Below, piece by piece: positions 41,661 to 55,400 of a DNA stretch of 64,000 nt (position 1 is the first letter of the stretch; the number at the start of each line of letters is the position of its first letter). This stretch comes from Paragordius varius (Eukaryota > Animalia > Nematomorpha), in assembly GCA_964247055.1 (NCBI GenBank), contig OZ176050.1, positions 9,424,001 through 9,488,000 on the forward strand, given 5' to 3'. Made by a program: the position numbers and the translations under genes. A model generated the notes under the pieces. That model was given only the letters and a program-made list of their open reading frames with translations, did no database searches and was not told where the DNA came from.

Positions 41661-43530
41661 TTATTTATTAAATGTTTGACCCATCATTAAAATTTGTTTG
41701 GTGCGAAGACCTAGCACGAAAAACAAATTGTTTCCTGGTTGATTTTGATCCACTGTGTCTTCATCGTCGCCATCATTTGTTTGCCGTTTCTTTCTGATAG
41801 GTTCGATTTCTGGATTAACTGTCGATTCGGGTGGGGCGTTAACATCTGCAGTTGTTTCAATTTCATTCATGATTTTAGAATATATACCAAGATTTTTGGT
41901 ATCAAACCGAGTTTTATGGACACTGGCTTTAAGGGTTCCCAAATTGTCACCAATAAATATATTGTCTAGTATTTCTGGCCTATGAATACAGATTATATAA
42001 TTATTAGTATTCTAGATGTATCATATAAAAACATTTAGCATCCATATTAGAAACTATATGCGGCATATTTAGGAAAATTTCGGATTACAAAAATGTCCCT
42101 TTATTACATATTTTACACCACTCCCTTTCATCATGTCAGCTTGATTTTAAAGTATAATTTAGTGTTCGTAAATAGTTACTCTGCTAAACATTCGATGCCT
42201 AAATCAGTATATAAATCAATCAAATTAAGATCGGAGGCCAGTGTTAATAATGGCAAGTTGCAAGGAGTTGATTGAGGTTTTCTTTTAATTTGCATAACGG
42301 TATCTATTATAGCAGGAATGTTTTTGCAAGTGATAGTAGTTTCCGGCACTCCAGGTAATGGTTTAATTTCTACCAATGCTATTTGACTGCTTGGGTTACA
42401 TATTCGCATGTAATTCACAGATAATCCCAATTCTGTCAAATTTATGGCTGATTGAGCGGGACGTTTTTTAGCTATGTTCAAAAAATATCTAATCTTAAAT
42501 TTTGTGCTAAATAAATATTGATAATAAATTATTCTTTTATAACTGGCCAAAACCCAACCTACTAAGTCCGCAAATAAAATAATTTAATAGACAGAACCCT
42601 TTCTTTGTTCTAAATGCTGTCAAGTAAGGGTTTTTACATCATTCAATGCGCAAAAAATCAAAGTTTTTACCAGCTGGTGTAGGGGCAGGTGCAGGGCATC
42701 TAAAATCAAAATAGGTTTGCCATTGCATAGATACTGGCAAATCATCTACAATCTCAGTTTTGGCGTTTGGAATAAAACTATTTTTAGGCAGCAGTCTGCG
42801 TAACTTTTTAAGGTACTTAGATTGAAGCTGGATATCGGGTTTAAGCTTAATAGAGTTGGTGGCAGATATTTTCGGGTAAGCTCTTCTGCAATTATCCATG
42901 AAAAAATTATAAAGGTATGTATAAATAGTGTATCAGTTTTAAGGCACGATATAGGCATTCTAAAAAAAAATTTTCTTTTGGTTCCTAGATATAATGTCTA
43001 ATAAGTTACAAAACTTAATGTATAAACTGGAAAAATTAATTAAGATTCTCAACTTTAAAAACCGATATTTATTAATACTTTTATTAACCCAGGCAAAATT
43101 ATTTGAGTTATATAGTGTTTAGATATAGAGATATCGCTATAATTTATCAGGCTAAAAAATTCTTTTACCTATAGCTGTATGCCCTTTTCTGAATTTCCGG
43201 TGTTGTAAGGTTACCATTAGTCTCATTTTTGACCGGACAACTAATGTTGTAGAAATTACAGAGTATGGGTAGGCATTCGTTATCTTCACTTAAACCCACA
43301 CCAAGCATATTGATAGCTTGACTAACTAAAAGCGGGGAGTACACATAATCCGAACCGCGATCACAAAGAACCGTTCCAAGTTTTTGTGCTATGACGTTGG
43401 AAAGCTTTTTAGATATTTTTCGTGGACTGGCTGCTTTAATTTCTTGATCTTCATTATTTTATTAAATATAATAAAAAATTATGTAATTGCCAAATAATGC
43501 CAAAATCGATATCTTTAGGCATAGTCCCAT
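41661..43530 (-). CDS. Highly divergent serpin-fold protein, probably secreted; exons ~43530-43491 (tentative), 43448-43169, 42885-42671, 42558-42180, 41979-41661; ~410 aa
   Basis: Serpin landmarks appear in the correct order: YVYSPLLVSQAINMLGVG (s6B/hB), SATNSIKLKPDIQLQSKYLKKL (s2A/hE), IALVEIKP (s3B), NLPLLTLASDLNLIDLYTDLGIECL (s2C/hI), VHKTRFDTKNLG (s5A), LFFVLGLRTKQILMMGQTFNK (s4B/s5B). Junction phases are consistent. The first exon needs a GC donor and is tentative. Confidence 0.65.
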
Positions 43531-45922
43531 TTTTAATCATATATTATTTTTAACCAAGTTATTTATCCATATACTCAGGTCCTAAAACCGCTAAATTTTA
43601 AAACTGGTAACAAAACGTTTCTTGGATTTCAGATTCTTATAATTCTTGCATTTTACATAGTAAGATACCGGTTCTAATCCCTTCTCCATTTTATACAGTT
43701 CTCGAACGAGTTATAAGTTTAAGTGGATTTTTTAGTCCAATTCTATAGTTTATTGATCCTAACATAATTGAAAGGCCCCACGACCGCCATTAAATCATTA
43801 CAAAGAATTTAATACCTTTTGGATATATTTAGGTTTATATGCTTAGCTATGCATTCCATAAAAAATTGTAAAAAGAGGGCTTAAAATCCGAACAAATGAC
43901 TTAGCTCATGAAAATTCATTTGAAAATATGTTGCCAGAATAAAGCAAGGTTATTTTTTTGATAACATATAGAACATCGGTATGATCTTAGATTTATCTAA
44001 GGTCTTTAAATTAAAAGTTGAAGTTAATCTAATACGGTAATAAATAATAGAAAAAATATATTATTCATTCCTTCAGTTGTGTCAATACAATTTTTTTTAA
44101 ATTAAATAAGGTAAATATAAAAATTTCATTAATACAAAACGATGTTTTTATGTTATCCATAATAATATAATTTCCCATTTATATAAATACAGAAAGCAAC
44201 GGTTCGGGTTTTTTTATTCGCTAGAGCCGGTTATAAAACCTATTATAAAATTAAAATCGGTGGTTCTGGTATTAACGACAGCGGTTTCTGTACAAAACCG
44301 GTCTCCTTCTTGCTAATAGTTCTGGCACCAATCCTTTTAATAAATATATAAAAAAACTTACCCACAAAAAGTGTCGAAATCAATATTATCCATAATATCA
44401 TTATTTTTTAACAAAAAGGAATTTTGGGTGAAAAACACGAAAATATTAACAAGAGTCTACTTACCCATTTATATATTGTGACAAACCTTTCATCTGCCAA
44501 AAATACCGAATCCGATTTTGGCATTATTTTAAATCATATATTAATTTTAAGCTATTGCAAATATCAAATGGGTCCAAAAAGGTGTTGGATATTGATATGG
44601 CGTATACACATAAACATGCACAGTTTTTTCGATGTTATAAATTTATTATCAATAATTATATAACCATATCATATCTTATATATATATATTATTTAATTCA
44701 TAACCAGTATAAATTAACTTAAACGATTACCACTTTTTTTCATGGGATAACATGGACTAGAGGAACTAAAATTTCCTTCAATTCAATTGGTTTTTTTTAA
44801 CTTTTGAACGTGATTATTTGGTAAATTTATGTATAATAACGCAAAATGTGATTCGATCTATCGCCTAATTTTAATTTTGCGAATTTGGTAAAGATTGACA
44901 CAACATATTCCAAGTATATAATGAAGTTTAATAGCTAACTTAAGTTTTCATTAACAATAGATAAAATATTTACCCTTTAAAGGTTTTAACGCAATATATA
45001 TTTATAAGGTGTACATTAAAATAATGTTTTAACAAAATTTTGGATTATGTTAATATTTTTTTATTAAATTATGGCAATGATGGTTAAAATGTGTTTGAAT
45101 CTAATCATATCACTCAAACTAGTCCTTAAACATTTGAAAAATTCCAAAATATTCAATAATTTTAACACTTTAAGAATTGATTGTGCTGCTAAGTTTTGAT
45201 CTTAACTAGAAATATTTTTTAAAAATACATACTTTTTTCAAAAATTAATTTAGCAAAATTTTGTTGAAGAGTACTTCATACTATTTTAAGTTGTGTAGGA
45301 AACGTAAAACGCTACATAAAACAGATTTTCTATATAATTCGATTGATATCACTTCAGTTTTTAAGGCTTTTGCTTAAAAGTTTTGGTGCAATTGTAAAAA
45401 AGCATTATATTTATTTTAAATTAATTTGAAGTGGTAAAAATATTTCAAAATTCCGAGGTAATAAAATGTTTAGCATAGTGAAATTATGAAGAAAAAGTGA
45501 TTTTATGATATCTTAAAGCGTTCTTAAACCGTTTTCATCCTTAAGTACGCTTCAATTTAATATTGCTAAAGATTATTGAAAAAAGTAAGCTTTTTTAAAA
45601 AAATTATAATTGAAATAAAAATTCAGCACATATATATAAAATTATCGAGCAAACCCGGCATTTAAGAGCAAAAAAATTTTAGCCTTTCGAAGCTAAATAT
45701 CAAATTTTATGAAAATATTGTTTTACCTTTAATATGTCGTTTAAATATATTATAGTGATAATTTTTGGAATGAAGCAATTAGTTTTCATTAAAAAAATTT
45801 ATAAAAAGAGGGTGCGCAAATTTTGTCATTTTCTTATATAAAGCACTTACCACAAAAGTGTAATTAACTTTTTTCAATAACTCCAAAACCCCATAATAAT
45901 CCTGATACAATTTCCTATCATA

Positions 45923-45926
<4 letters not shown>

Positions 45927-45968
<42 letters not shown>
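45927..45968. repeat. (TA)n microsatellite
   Basis: Direct reading. Confidence 0.95.
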
Positions 45969-45972
<4 letters not shown>

Positions 45973-45973
45973 A

Positions 45974-46454
45974 CCATTTGCACTTCAAGAGTGTCCTTGA
46001 ACACCTCAAATTGGTCTTTAAACATTTTAAGTTGGTTCCTGAACACTTCAAATTGGTCCTTAAAATTAGTAAATTTTAATTTAACCAAATTTTTGCATGT
46101 ATTTCTTTATTTTATTATTTTTTAACCAAATGTTTTTATCTACCATATATTTTTTATTAAAAAATAAATATTTTTATTCAAAAACCACTTTTTTGTTTCT
46201 AACGAATTTTTAACCGATTTAACAAAATTATTATTTTAAATGTTTTCAATAAAAAATTGTAAATTTAAACCCAGAAAACTTATATATTTTTTAATTACAC
46301 GTGATATTGATTTAAAAATTATTTTATATAATAGGAAATAGGTTAAAAACGATAAAATAGATGAATGATATACAATTTGATGGATAAAAGTTAAAAACGC
46401 AAAAAAAGTCAAAGGACCAACTTGAATTCAAAAACACTCTTGAAGTGAAGATGC
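45974..46454. mobile_element. MITE with ~28-bp TIRs and subterminal cacttcaaattggtcc repeats, next to a (TA)n tract
   Basis: Left ccatttgcacttcaagagtgtccttgaa matches the reverse complement of the right end (gcatcttcacttcaagagtgtttttgaa); TA-flanked. Confidence 0.65.
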
Positions 46455-47539
46455 TATATTTAAAATCGCGTTATCCCGGCATTTGTGCGTTTATCTAAAA
46501 GAGAAATAAGCCCATTTTAAAAAGCTAAAAAATTGTTCTGAGCCCAAATCAAATTAATTTTTTTGAAATATTTTGCTTTTTATAGATAGTTTATGATATG
46601 TTTTTATGAATTTAGCTTTCATCAAAAAAATTATTTTAAAAAATATGCGCGAATTTACCATTTTTATATGGAGCACTTACCACAAAAGCTTAATATAATT
46701 TTTTAAATCACACGTAAGGTCAATAACCGAAACCACCATGAAAATAATCTTGATACATTTTTTCTATCAGAATATATATATTTTTCAACATGTTATTTTT
46801 GTGGCTGCGTTAATTATTGCGAAAATTATTATATGGTTGATTCTCAGATTCTCAGATATTGGGTGGCAGATTTTGATTTTTTGGTGAAGGTTAATTCGAT
46901 CAACAAAATATATACATTATTAAAACAAATTTATATTATATTTTGATTTTCAAATGCGGGCTTTAAAATCTCAATTTTACCCCTTTAGAATGCACTGGTT
47001 TCTTAAAAGTACTAATAAGAAATTATTAAAAACATGTTTATTTAGTAATTTGTAAAACAATTGATAAAGAAGGGTAAAATCCATTTTAAGAGATTAGTTA
47101 AATTTTTTTATAATTCGAGCTGAATATTTAGACATCAAAATTTTGATTACGGGATTTTTTGTTTTCAAATTAAAAAACATATACAATTTTTTACTCAAAT
47201 ACTTTGTTTTGAAGATGAAAAAATCTTATAATGTAAATCTTAAGGTCATAGGAGGATTCAGTTCTAACATGCTTTAATGCTAATATAAAATATGCTTCGA
47301 ACTTTGCCAAAATGTAATTATTAAGGAAGAGTAAGCATTATTAAAAAAATTTCGAAAATCTAGCATATATTAAAAAATTATTTTTGCGCAATCTCGGTAT
47401 TTATGCTTTTGTTTTAAGAAAACTATCCTATTCAGGGTCCCGAAAATTTCCGAATCAAAATTTACACAAAAAAAAATTAATATACTCTTTTGCTTTAAAT
47501 ATGTAGTTTATGATATAGTTTAGTCATATTTGGAACCAA

Positions 47540-50030
47540 GGTAGGTTGGTTGGTTTTTCCTAAGTCGTAAACGACTTTTTGGATATAGTTTTCACTATTT
47601 CTTTCCATTTTCTTCTATCTTTTACCGCTATATTGAGATCGTTTAATGTCATTTTAGTCTCTTCTTTTATCGTATCCAACCACCTCATCGGTGGTCGGCC
47701 TCGTTTCCTTTGCCCTTCTACCTTTCCAAACATTGTATCTTTCGCTAGAGAGTTCGATCGCATGCATGACCTAAATATGTTAACTTTCTTTTTAGAATTA
47801 TCTCCAGGATGTTTGTTTTAGGTTTTATTTCTGATAGATTTTTTTAATTTAATCCTTCCAGGTGTATCCTAATCCTACGCCAGCAGCTCCTTTCAAAAGC
47901 CATGAGCCTTTCTTTGTCCCTTTTTGAGTCCAGCTCTCACATCCATATGTGGTGACCGGGATAACGAAACAGTAGAGTAATCTATTTTTGGCTTAAACTC
48001 CTACGCTTTTGTTTTTCTAAATCTTTATTAATTTGGTCATCGCTTCTCTACCCAATCCTATTCTCTTTCTGATGTCAGGAGTTGAAGACCCATCCTATGA
48101 AATTATTGCGCCCAAAAACGTTAACTGTTTAACTTTTTCTATTTCTATTCCTTCTATAATAATTGTAGGCTTTTCTCCAGTACATAATATTTTGGTTTTG
48201 TTAGGGTTAAGCATAAGACCATAACTTAAACCTTCCTTTCGAATCTCTTCAATCAATTCCCTCAAATCATTAACACTTTCAGCTAAAAGAGTGGTATCGT
48301 CTGCAAACCTTAAATTATTGATTGTTCTCAGTCCTATTCTTACTCCAATATTTTTACCATCTAACTTCCTCATTATCGTTTCTGTGCACATATTGAACAG
48401 ATCAGGGGATAAGCAACACCCTTCCCTGAGTCCTTTCCAGATAGGTATTTCGTCTGTGTCCCCCGCTGATGTTCTAATAATCGCTCTTTGTTTTACATAG
48501 AGAGAGCTAATCAATCTTATTAAGTGAGACGATACCCCTACTAACTTTAATATTTCCCACAATGAGTCATAGTTAATCGAATCGGCTTGTCTGTAATCAA
48601 TAACATGTATAATTCTTTTGGAACTCTTTTGATGTTTCCATTATCCTTCTCATGTTTGAGATATGGTCTCTTGTGGCTTTTTCCTTTCATAAATCCGGCT
48701 TGATCTTCTGGTATTTCTGACTGTATGATACTGTGCATCCTGTTTTGTATTATTTTTAATAAGACCTTACTAGCGTGGCTAACAAGAGTTCCGGTAGTTT
48801 TCGTACTGAAGTAATCTCCTTTTTTATATATTGGGAATATACAGATGATATCCAGTCGTTTGGCCACTTACATGTTTCCCACACCTTTTGACATAATTTG
48901 TGTAACGTTTCTACAGGAATAGCTTTTATGAACTCTATTGGGATATTGTCTAATCCCATCGCTTTGTTGTTAGGATTTTGTTTTAAGGCTAATTCAACCT
49001 CCTCTCTTAGTATATCTGGATCACGTTCTTCTTCTTTTAATCGCAACACTTTTGCTTGAGGAGCCTGTTAGAGTTTTTGGGTGTATTCCTTCCATCTTTC
49101 TCGTACTTCTGTTTGTTTGCGAAATATGGTGCCATTCTCTTTTTTAATCTTTTGGGATGATATATAAGGTTTCTGAGTCATTTGCTTCAGTTTCTGGAAC
49201 ATTGGTTGCATTAATCCTTTTTTGTTATTTAATTCCACTTCCAGACATGGTTTATTAAAATCTTCATAATCCTTCCTTGTTTGTCGTTGAAATTCTTTGT
49301 TATATAATTTAACCATTTTATTATCACCTCTTGATTTAGCTTTTCTCCGCTTTTCTGCTATCTCTAAACTCTTTTCTGATATCCATTTATTATCTTCCCT
49401 CTTTACTCTCTGCACTTTTTCTTTTGTCACTTCATTAATAACATTTTTTATCGTTCCCCATAATTGTTCTGAGCTACATTCGTTGTCCAATCTTTCTAAT
49501 CTATCTTTCGTTTCTGTTCTAAAACTATTTGGAATGTTCCGAGTGTCATATCTGTATGTCTGTTTAACCTTGTTTTTAATTATTTTTTTGATTTTGGTTA
49601 CTAAAAGCTCTTGATCGCTTGAGCAATTGCTGCTTTTGCTTGTTTTGATATCGAGTATAGAGCTTTTCCATTTTTGAGGACATATTATATAATCAATTTG
49701 GTTCTTATATTTACCATATGGAGAGGTCCATGTGTATAACCTCCTATTGTGTTGTGAAACCCATGTGTTGGATATCATCATCTCATTTTCTTGGCAAAAT
49801 TGATCAGTGCCTCCCCGGCCTCGTTTCGTTCTCCCAATCCACATGGGCCAACTATTTGATCTACTCTACCTCTACCAACTTTGCTGTTCCAATCACCTCC
49901 TATGATAATCATATCTCCTTTCTTCGTTTCATCCAAAACTATTTGCAATTTTGCATAAAAATCATCTATGTCTTCTTTGGGAGAGTTTGACGTACGAGCA
50001 TAGACTACTAGGTATGTAAATTTAAGTGGC
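47540..50030 (-). mobile_element. 5'-truncated, frameshifted RTE-clade LINE (APE endonuclease + RT)
   Basis: APE motifs VVYA.TS, GDWNSKVG, YTWTSP..NQIDYI, SDQ; RT motifs QAGF.KG, GLREGCCLSP.LFN, LRFADDT, LNPNKTK; C-terminal GKVEGQRKRGRPPMRWLDTI; 3' tail (CCAA)n after the stop. Confidence 0.92.
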
Positions 50031-51237
50031 TTAGCATTTACCATATAAATTTTTTTATAAGCACTAATTTGCGATTTAAAATTTAAAACAATTACCACAA
50101 AAAAATATTTTAATCAAAGGCCCACAAAAGCATAAAAATGTTTTACAATTTAACACTTCACCACCATATGGGGCAATTTTCGAACTTAACGCGATCACAA
50201 TTTAATAAGTATAATGAGCCAAATTTTAAATAAAACCTTTTATCTTTTTTAGCGAATTAAAATTTTGAAAAGTGGGAAAGAAATGCTCTTCTTTAAATTT
50301 GCCTCTTTTACTTATTTTTTTATTGGCATAATTTATAACCTTTTGATTTTTTTGTTATCCCACTACATTTTGGGGAGTTTAGTAGATCAGAGCTCAAAAT
50401 TGTAAATAAAACGACTTTAATTGGACTGGTTATAAATTAATAAAGTTTGTTGTCTATTATTTTTTAATGTAACCTTTCTTATTCTTTAATTTACAAAAGC
50501 TGGAAAACACGTTTAATGCAAACAGCTGGTTTTAATATCAATTACCAAAAATAATTCTGGTATAATTTGATACTTTAGATTAATACTATTTGTTTATCAT
50601 AAATATTTAATAAAGCCTTAAAAGAAACTGTCGACCAAGAGTATGAGATGAAGATTACATTTTAAATTTTGAAAATATGGTTTTTTTGAAGCATGCGACT
50701 AAAAGGCTAGACATATATTTGGCTAAAAAGCCACAATACCCTAACAGATATTAAATTTTAATGCAATTCAGAATTACCACTTTGATTTAAATTGGGCTGT
50801 CTAAAATACCCCAGAATATATTTATAAGTTGATATTTTTTAAAGCTAAGCTTAAAACTATTTTTATTAAATCACATCAACTGATAAAAGTGGTTTATTTT
50901 TTATAATTTAGAGCTAATGCACATTTGTCATGTTGACTAAATTTTTACCTTTGGCGGATTCTTTAAAATGAGATATCAAGTATTTTTAAATTAATTTTTT
51001 TTATTCGGTTCTTTGATGTTATATAAGTGCAAACTTTTGTCATGGTTTAAATTCATCCTATATTTTTTAGTATTTTATTTTAAACAGGCCAGAGGTATTT
51101 AATTACCCCAATTGAATGGACTGAAATAAATGTATTGTACCCAAGTTTATATCATTAATCTTAAAATCAGATTGTTAGAATATCATTCGTATTTTTATAT
51201 ACCCAGTAGAATACAAATACATTTTCTTTCATATTAA

Positions 51238-51700
51238 CACTTAGATACAACACACTCATTTTAGTCCTTCGATTCAAATTGGGGTAGTTAGATACTACAG
51301 GCCTGTTAATACTTTAAAAAATATGGAAGGAATCAAAACCATGGCAAAATTTTGTACTTATATAACAAAAATAAACCTAAATTTAAAAAAAATTTTATTC
51401 AAAAATATTTAATATTAAATATTTTAAGCTAAAACCTAAAGGTAAAAATTTCGTCAACGTGACATGTTTCAAATGTTATAATTAATAAATAATACAAAAT
51501 AAACCGCTTTTTCTATTTCTATCAATGTTAGATGTAATTTATATTAAAATTTAACTTTAGTTTTACCCTTAAAATTAAATAAAGACGATATTTTGCAAAA
51601 AAATTTTAAAATAAAAATGGCGTCTTAGTAGTTTGAGATGCAATTTTTTTCAAAACATTATATAATTTTATTCAGGTTTATTGATTTAATTTGAGCCAAT
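51238..51700. repeat. Dispersed non-autonomous repeat, copy B
   Basis: See copy A at 39700-40090. Confidence 0.7.
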
Positions 51701-52096
51701 TGGCCTTAAACTATAATTTAATATGGATCTCGTTTGCTTTAACTTTGCCAGACATTAAATTTTATTTAGTATCCCTGCTTAGCTTTGTTTTATTCTATTT
51801 TTGGTCAAAATATTTTTGGTTTATTATGAATTTACTATTGCATCAATTAATTTATTACCGTTGTATGACTTTCAATTTTGAAAATCGCTTTTATGCTTAT
51901 CTCACATTTAATTCGTTTTCGTGTCATATCGTAAAAAATTTTGTAAATCGGTATCTCGCTTGCCATTTTTTTTAGATTTTAATTCATTGTAATCATAAAT
52001 CATAATTGATTGGGGCGCCTTGTTTATATCGATTATTTACACATTTAACATATCATATATATGTTTAGTATTATACGTTCCATTGCATATGTTTGT

Positions 52097-52270
52097 TAGA
52101 AGCCCTGAAGAATGATTGACGTCCCCCTGCCCTGAGGCGCGTAAAAGCGTAGGAAGGCGGTAAGGGTCGTCCTGTGCGGACAGTGACGGTAAGGAGCAAG
52201 CCTGTCACACCCTTTTCTGGATACCTGGATAGAGGCATAAATTTAAATTTGGACCGTTTCCTTCAGTAGT
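52097..52270. ncRNA. Candidate structured non-coding RNA or GC-rich regulatory island (unidentified family)
   Basis: Isolated GC-rich stretch in AT-rich DNA. Nested stems aagggt/accctt, gtcc/ggac, gtgacgg/ctgtcac and gcgc/gcgt; T4 at ~52213; Sm-site-like aaatttgg at ~52245. No match to U1-U6, 5S, SRP or RNase P recognised by eye. Confidence 0.3.
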
Positions 52271-52418
52271 TTTTTAAAATTCCCAATTTAAATGTGTCGT
52301 CTGGGGTATTTATATACCCCAATTTGAATCGAAGTGTTGATGCATAACAAATTTACATTACAACCACCGTAACTTATACTTAATTTATCAAACAAAAAAT
52401 CATCGGTAACATGTAAGT

Positions 52419-55400
52419 ATGAAACCTTTGTTACCACCTCGCAAAAATTTAGCTGAAGCAGCTCTTGACGCATTTCAAAAATTGCCTAAAATAACTCAAT
52501 TCAATTTATCTCATAACCCAGGAGCTATTAAAAAAGTATTTCTCAATATAATCCAAAGCGGCCTCATGTATCTTCAAGGGGACAACATGGACATTCGCCT
52601 CGTGGTGCTATGCAACAATTGAATTATGAATATTTAGGATATGAAGGGGGACAAACACCATTTTACAAAAGAGTTCCTATCACACAATTTTATAACTTTG
52701 GAGAAAAGTAAATATTTTTTATATTTAAGTTTTCGCCGTGAGTACCCACCTTTGACATTATATAATTTACAACTCTTAATTGATACTAAGCAAATAAACC
52801 CGAATAAGCCAATTGATATCAAAACCATTTTAGCCACAAAATTTATGAAAATGGATCGAGATAGTTACTATGGTATCCATTTAATAGATAAGGTATAATA
52901 TTAAACAAATTTAGGGCTTGAATCATTTTAATGCGAAAATTGATATTGAAGTTCAATGGGCTTCTGAACAGGTAATAGCAGCAATCGAACGTTGTGGTGG
53001 TTCAATTACCCTGACCTATTATGATCCAATTTCAATTAGTATTCTCAAAGATCCTTTGGCATATTTCCGAAAAGGGGAACCGCTGCCTAGAAGACTACTG
53101 CCTCCAAAAGATATTTTGGAATTTTACTCTGATCCTCAGAATAGGGGTTATCTTGTTCCCTATAATCCTCTCTTAAGTTCCAAAATTGAGGGACCACCTA
53201 ACAATCCTATAAAAATGCAATCACCTTCACAATACTTATGGTTAAAAAAGTTAGAAACTGCACAAAAATACGGATATGATATATACTACAAAGGTGTATA
53301 AATTGTTAAATTAAATATTTTTACACTATTTAACTCTACTTTCTATCAAACTTTAATACTCTTTTACAACTCTTTATTAAATTTTTTTAACAATAGTAAC
53401 AAAGATGTTAAAACCATAAAATGTATTAAAGATGATAATGATAATATAATAACGAATCCCTCGAAAGTCAAAGAAATTTGGAAAACGAACCTAGAAAAAC
53501 AACTCAACCAAGTAAACCCGACCAAACAAATTAGCATAGTTTCACCAGTAGCTGGTCCCATACAAGAAATCACCATAGATCAAGTCACAACTGCAATCAA
53601 TAAATTAAAAAGTAACAAAGCTCCAGGCCCAAGCAGCCTTTCAGTCGACCTCATTCGACCCATCAAAAACACTGCAGAGTATCTGACAAAACTCTTTAAC
53701 CAAATAATAATTACTAACCAAACTCCCAACGATTGGAAGAACAGCATAATAATCCCCATTTATAAAAATAAAGGCGATCGTTTAAAAACATCGTCCTACC
53801 GACCTTTAAAACTTCTGGAACACACACTTAAAATATTCGAAAATATTTTGGAAAACAGGCTTAGAAAACTTATAAACTTAGATTCGAATCAGTTTGCATT
53901 CCGTCCAAATCGTAGCACAATTGATCCCTTGTTCATCCTAAGACGCTTACAAGAAAAATATCTAGAAAAGAAACAAAAGCTATACCATGTCTTTGTAGAT
54001 CTGGAACGTGCGTTTGACCAAATACCACGCTCCACAATTCAATGGGCACTACGTAAAAAGGGAATAGAAGAACATACTATACAAATTTTATTACTACTCT
54101 ATAAAAATACAACCAACGTTAAAACCATTATTGGCAATACAAACAATTTCCCAACAAACGCTGGACTACATCAGGGTTCAGTCCTAAGTCCACTCCTTTT
54201 TATTACTATAATGGATGCGGCAACGCAAGACATAAGAAGTGAATGCCCTTGGGAAATGTTATTTGCCGACGACCTCGTGATAACGACACGATCATGGGAT
54301 CAACTGGTAAATACATATTCCAAGTGGAAGAAATGCCTTGAACAATATGGAATGATAATAAACGCCACAAAAACAAAAATAATGATAACGGGTGAAAGTG
54401 AAACACCCAGATACCCCTGTTCCATTTGCAGTATGGAAGTACGTTCAAATTTCATTAAATGCATATCATGTCAAATGTGGGTACACAAAAAGTGCTCTAA
54501 AATAAAAGACAAGTTAACAAATGTATAAAATTTTAAATGCTTAAATTGCTTAGACCCAAACAATAATAATTTTAATCGACCAAAGCTACTTAACATTGAT
54601 GGACATGACATCGAATTGGTTGACTCTTTCGTATACCTAGGAGATGTCATATCATTTCAGGGAAGCCCACAAAAGGCTATCAAAAGAAGAATACATCAAG
54701 GTTGGATAAAATATAATCAATTAAAATATGTTTTCCAAAACAAAAATGTTAACAATCGTAATAAATGGTATCTTTACAAGGCAGGAATAAGACCTGCTCT
54801 TACCTATGGTTCTAAAACCTGGGCATTAAACAAAACAAATCAAACAAAACTCCTAACCAGTGAGAATCGAATACTCAAAAGCTGCTTTCGTACACCAGAA
54901 ATACCAATTTTCATTAAGAAAACGATAAAATCGATTATATAATTCAAACAAACAGATTGCGTCTCTACGGTCATACTCAGAGAAGAGACGCCACCCATCC
55001 TTTAAAAACTGTTGATAACATTAATGTTGATGGCAATAGAAGAAAGGGACGACCACTCTTTTCTTATAATGATAATATAAAAATGGACTTGAATCAACGC
55101 AGCCTTTCCACAGAACAATGTAAAGATCGTAATTTATGGAGGAAACTACTTCGTGGATACAAAACTCCGAATATGGAGTCCTAAAATTTATCCATCCATC
55201 CAAAGCTTTTTAAAATATATTTGTTTTCCTTGTTTGTTTTTTTTACATATCTAACAATGCTTTAGGAGAAATCAAAATAACGCGTTCATCCATTAATATT
55301 ATTTAATTTTATATGAAAAAGCGGACATTTTTTTTTCTCGCAAAAAATATATAATTAATCTTGAAATTTGAGTTAAAAGCAAGCACTAACTATTATTACG

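Larger units (their letters stand above)
45790..46775. repeat. Two diverged direct copies of a ~130-bp segment (~45790-45925 and ~46620-46775); inverted relative at ~11950
   Basis: gcgc(a/g)aattt..agcacttaccacaaaag..aataatc.tgataca.ttt.ctatca.aatat present in both copies. Confidence 0.6.

Noticed and set aside
17793-46125. ORF-track entries containing IYIYIY runs, and short antisense ORFs overlapping real exons or LINEs
   Set aside because: They are translations of (TA)n tracts or opposite-strand shadows of identified coding sequence.
52113-52135. gattgacgtccccctgccct resembling a conserved 18S rRNA segment
   Set aside because: Short, gapped, sense-oriented match with no other rRNA sequence nearby.
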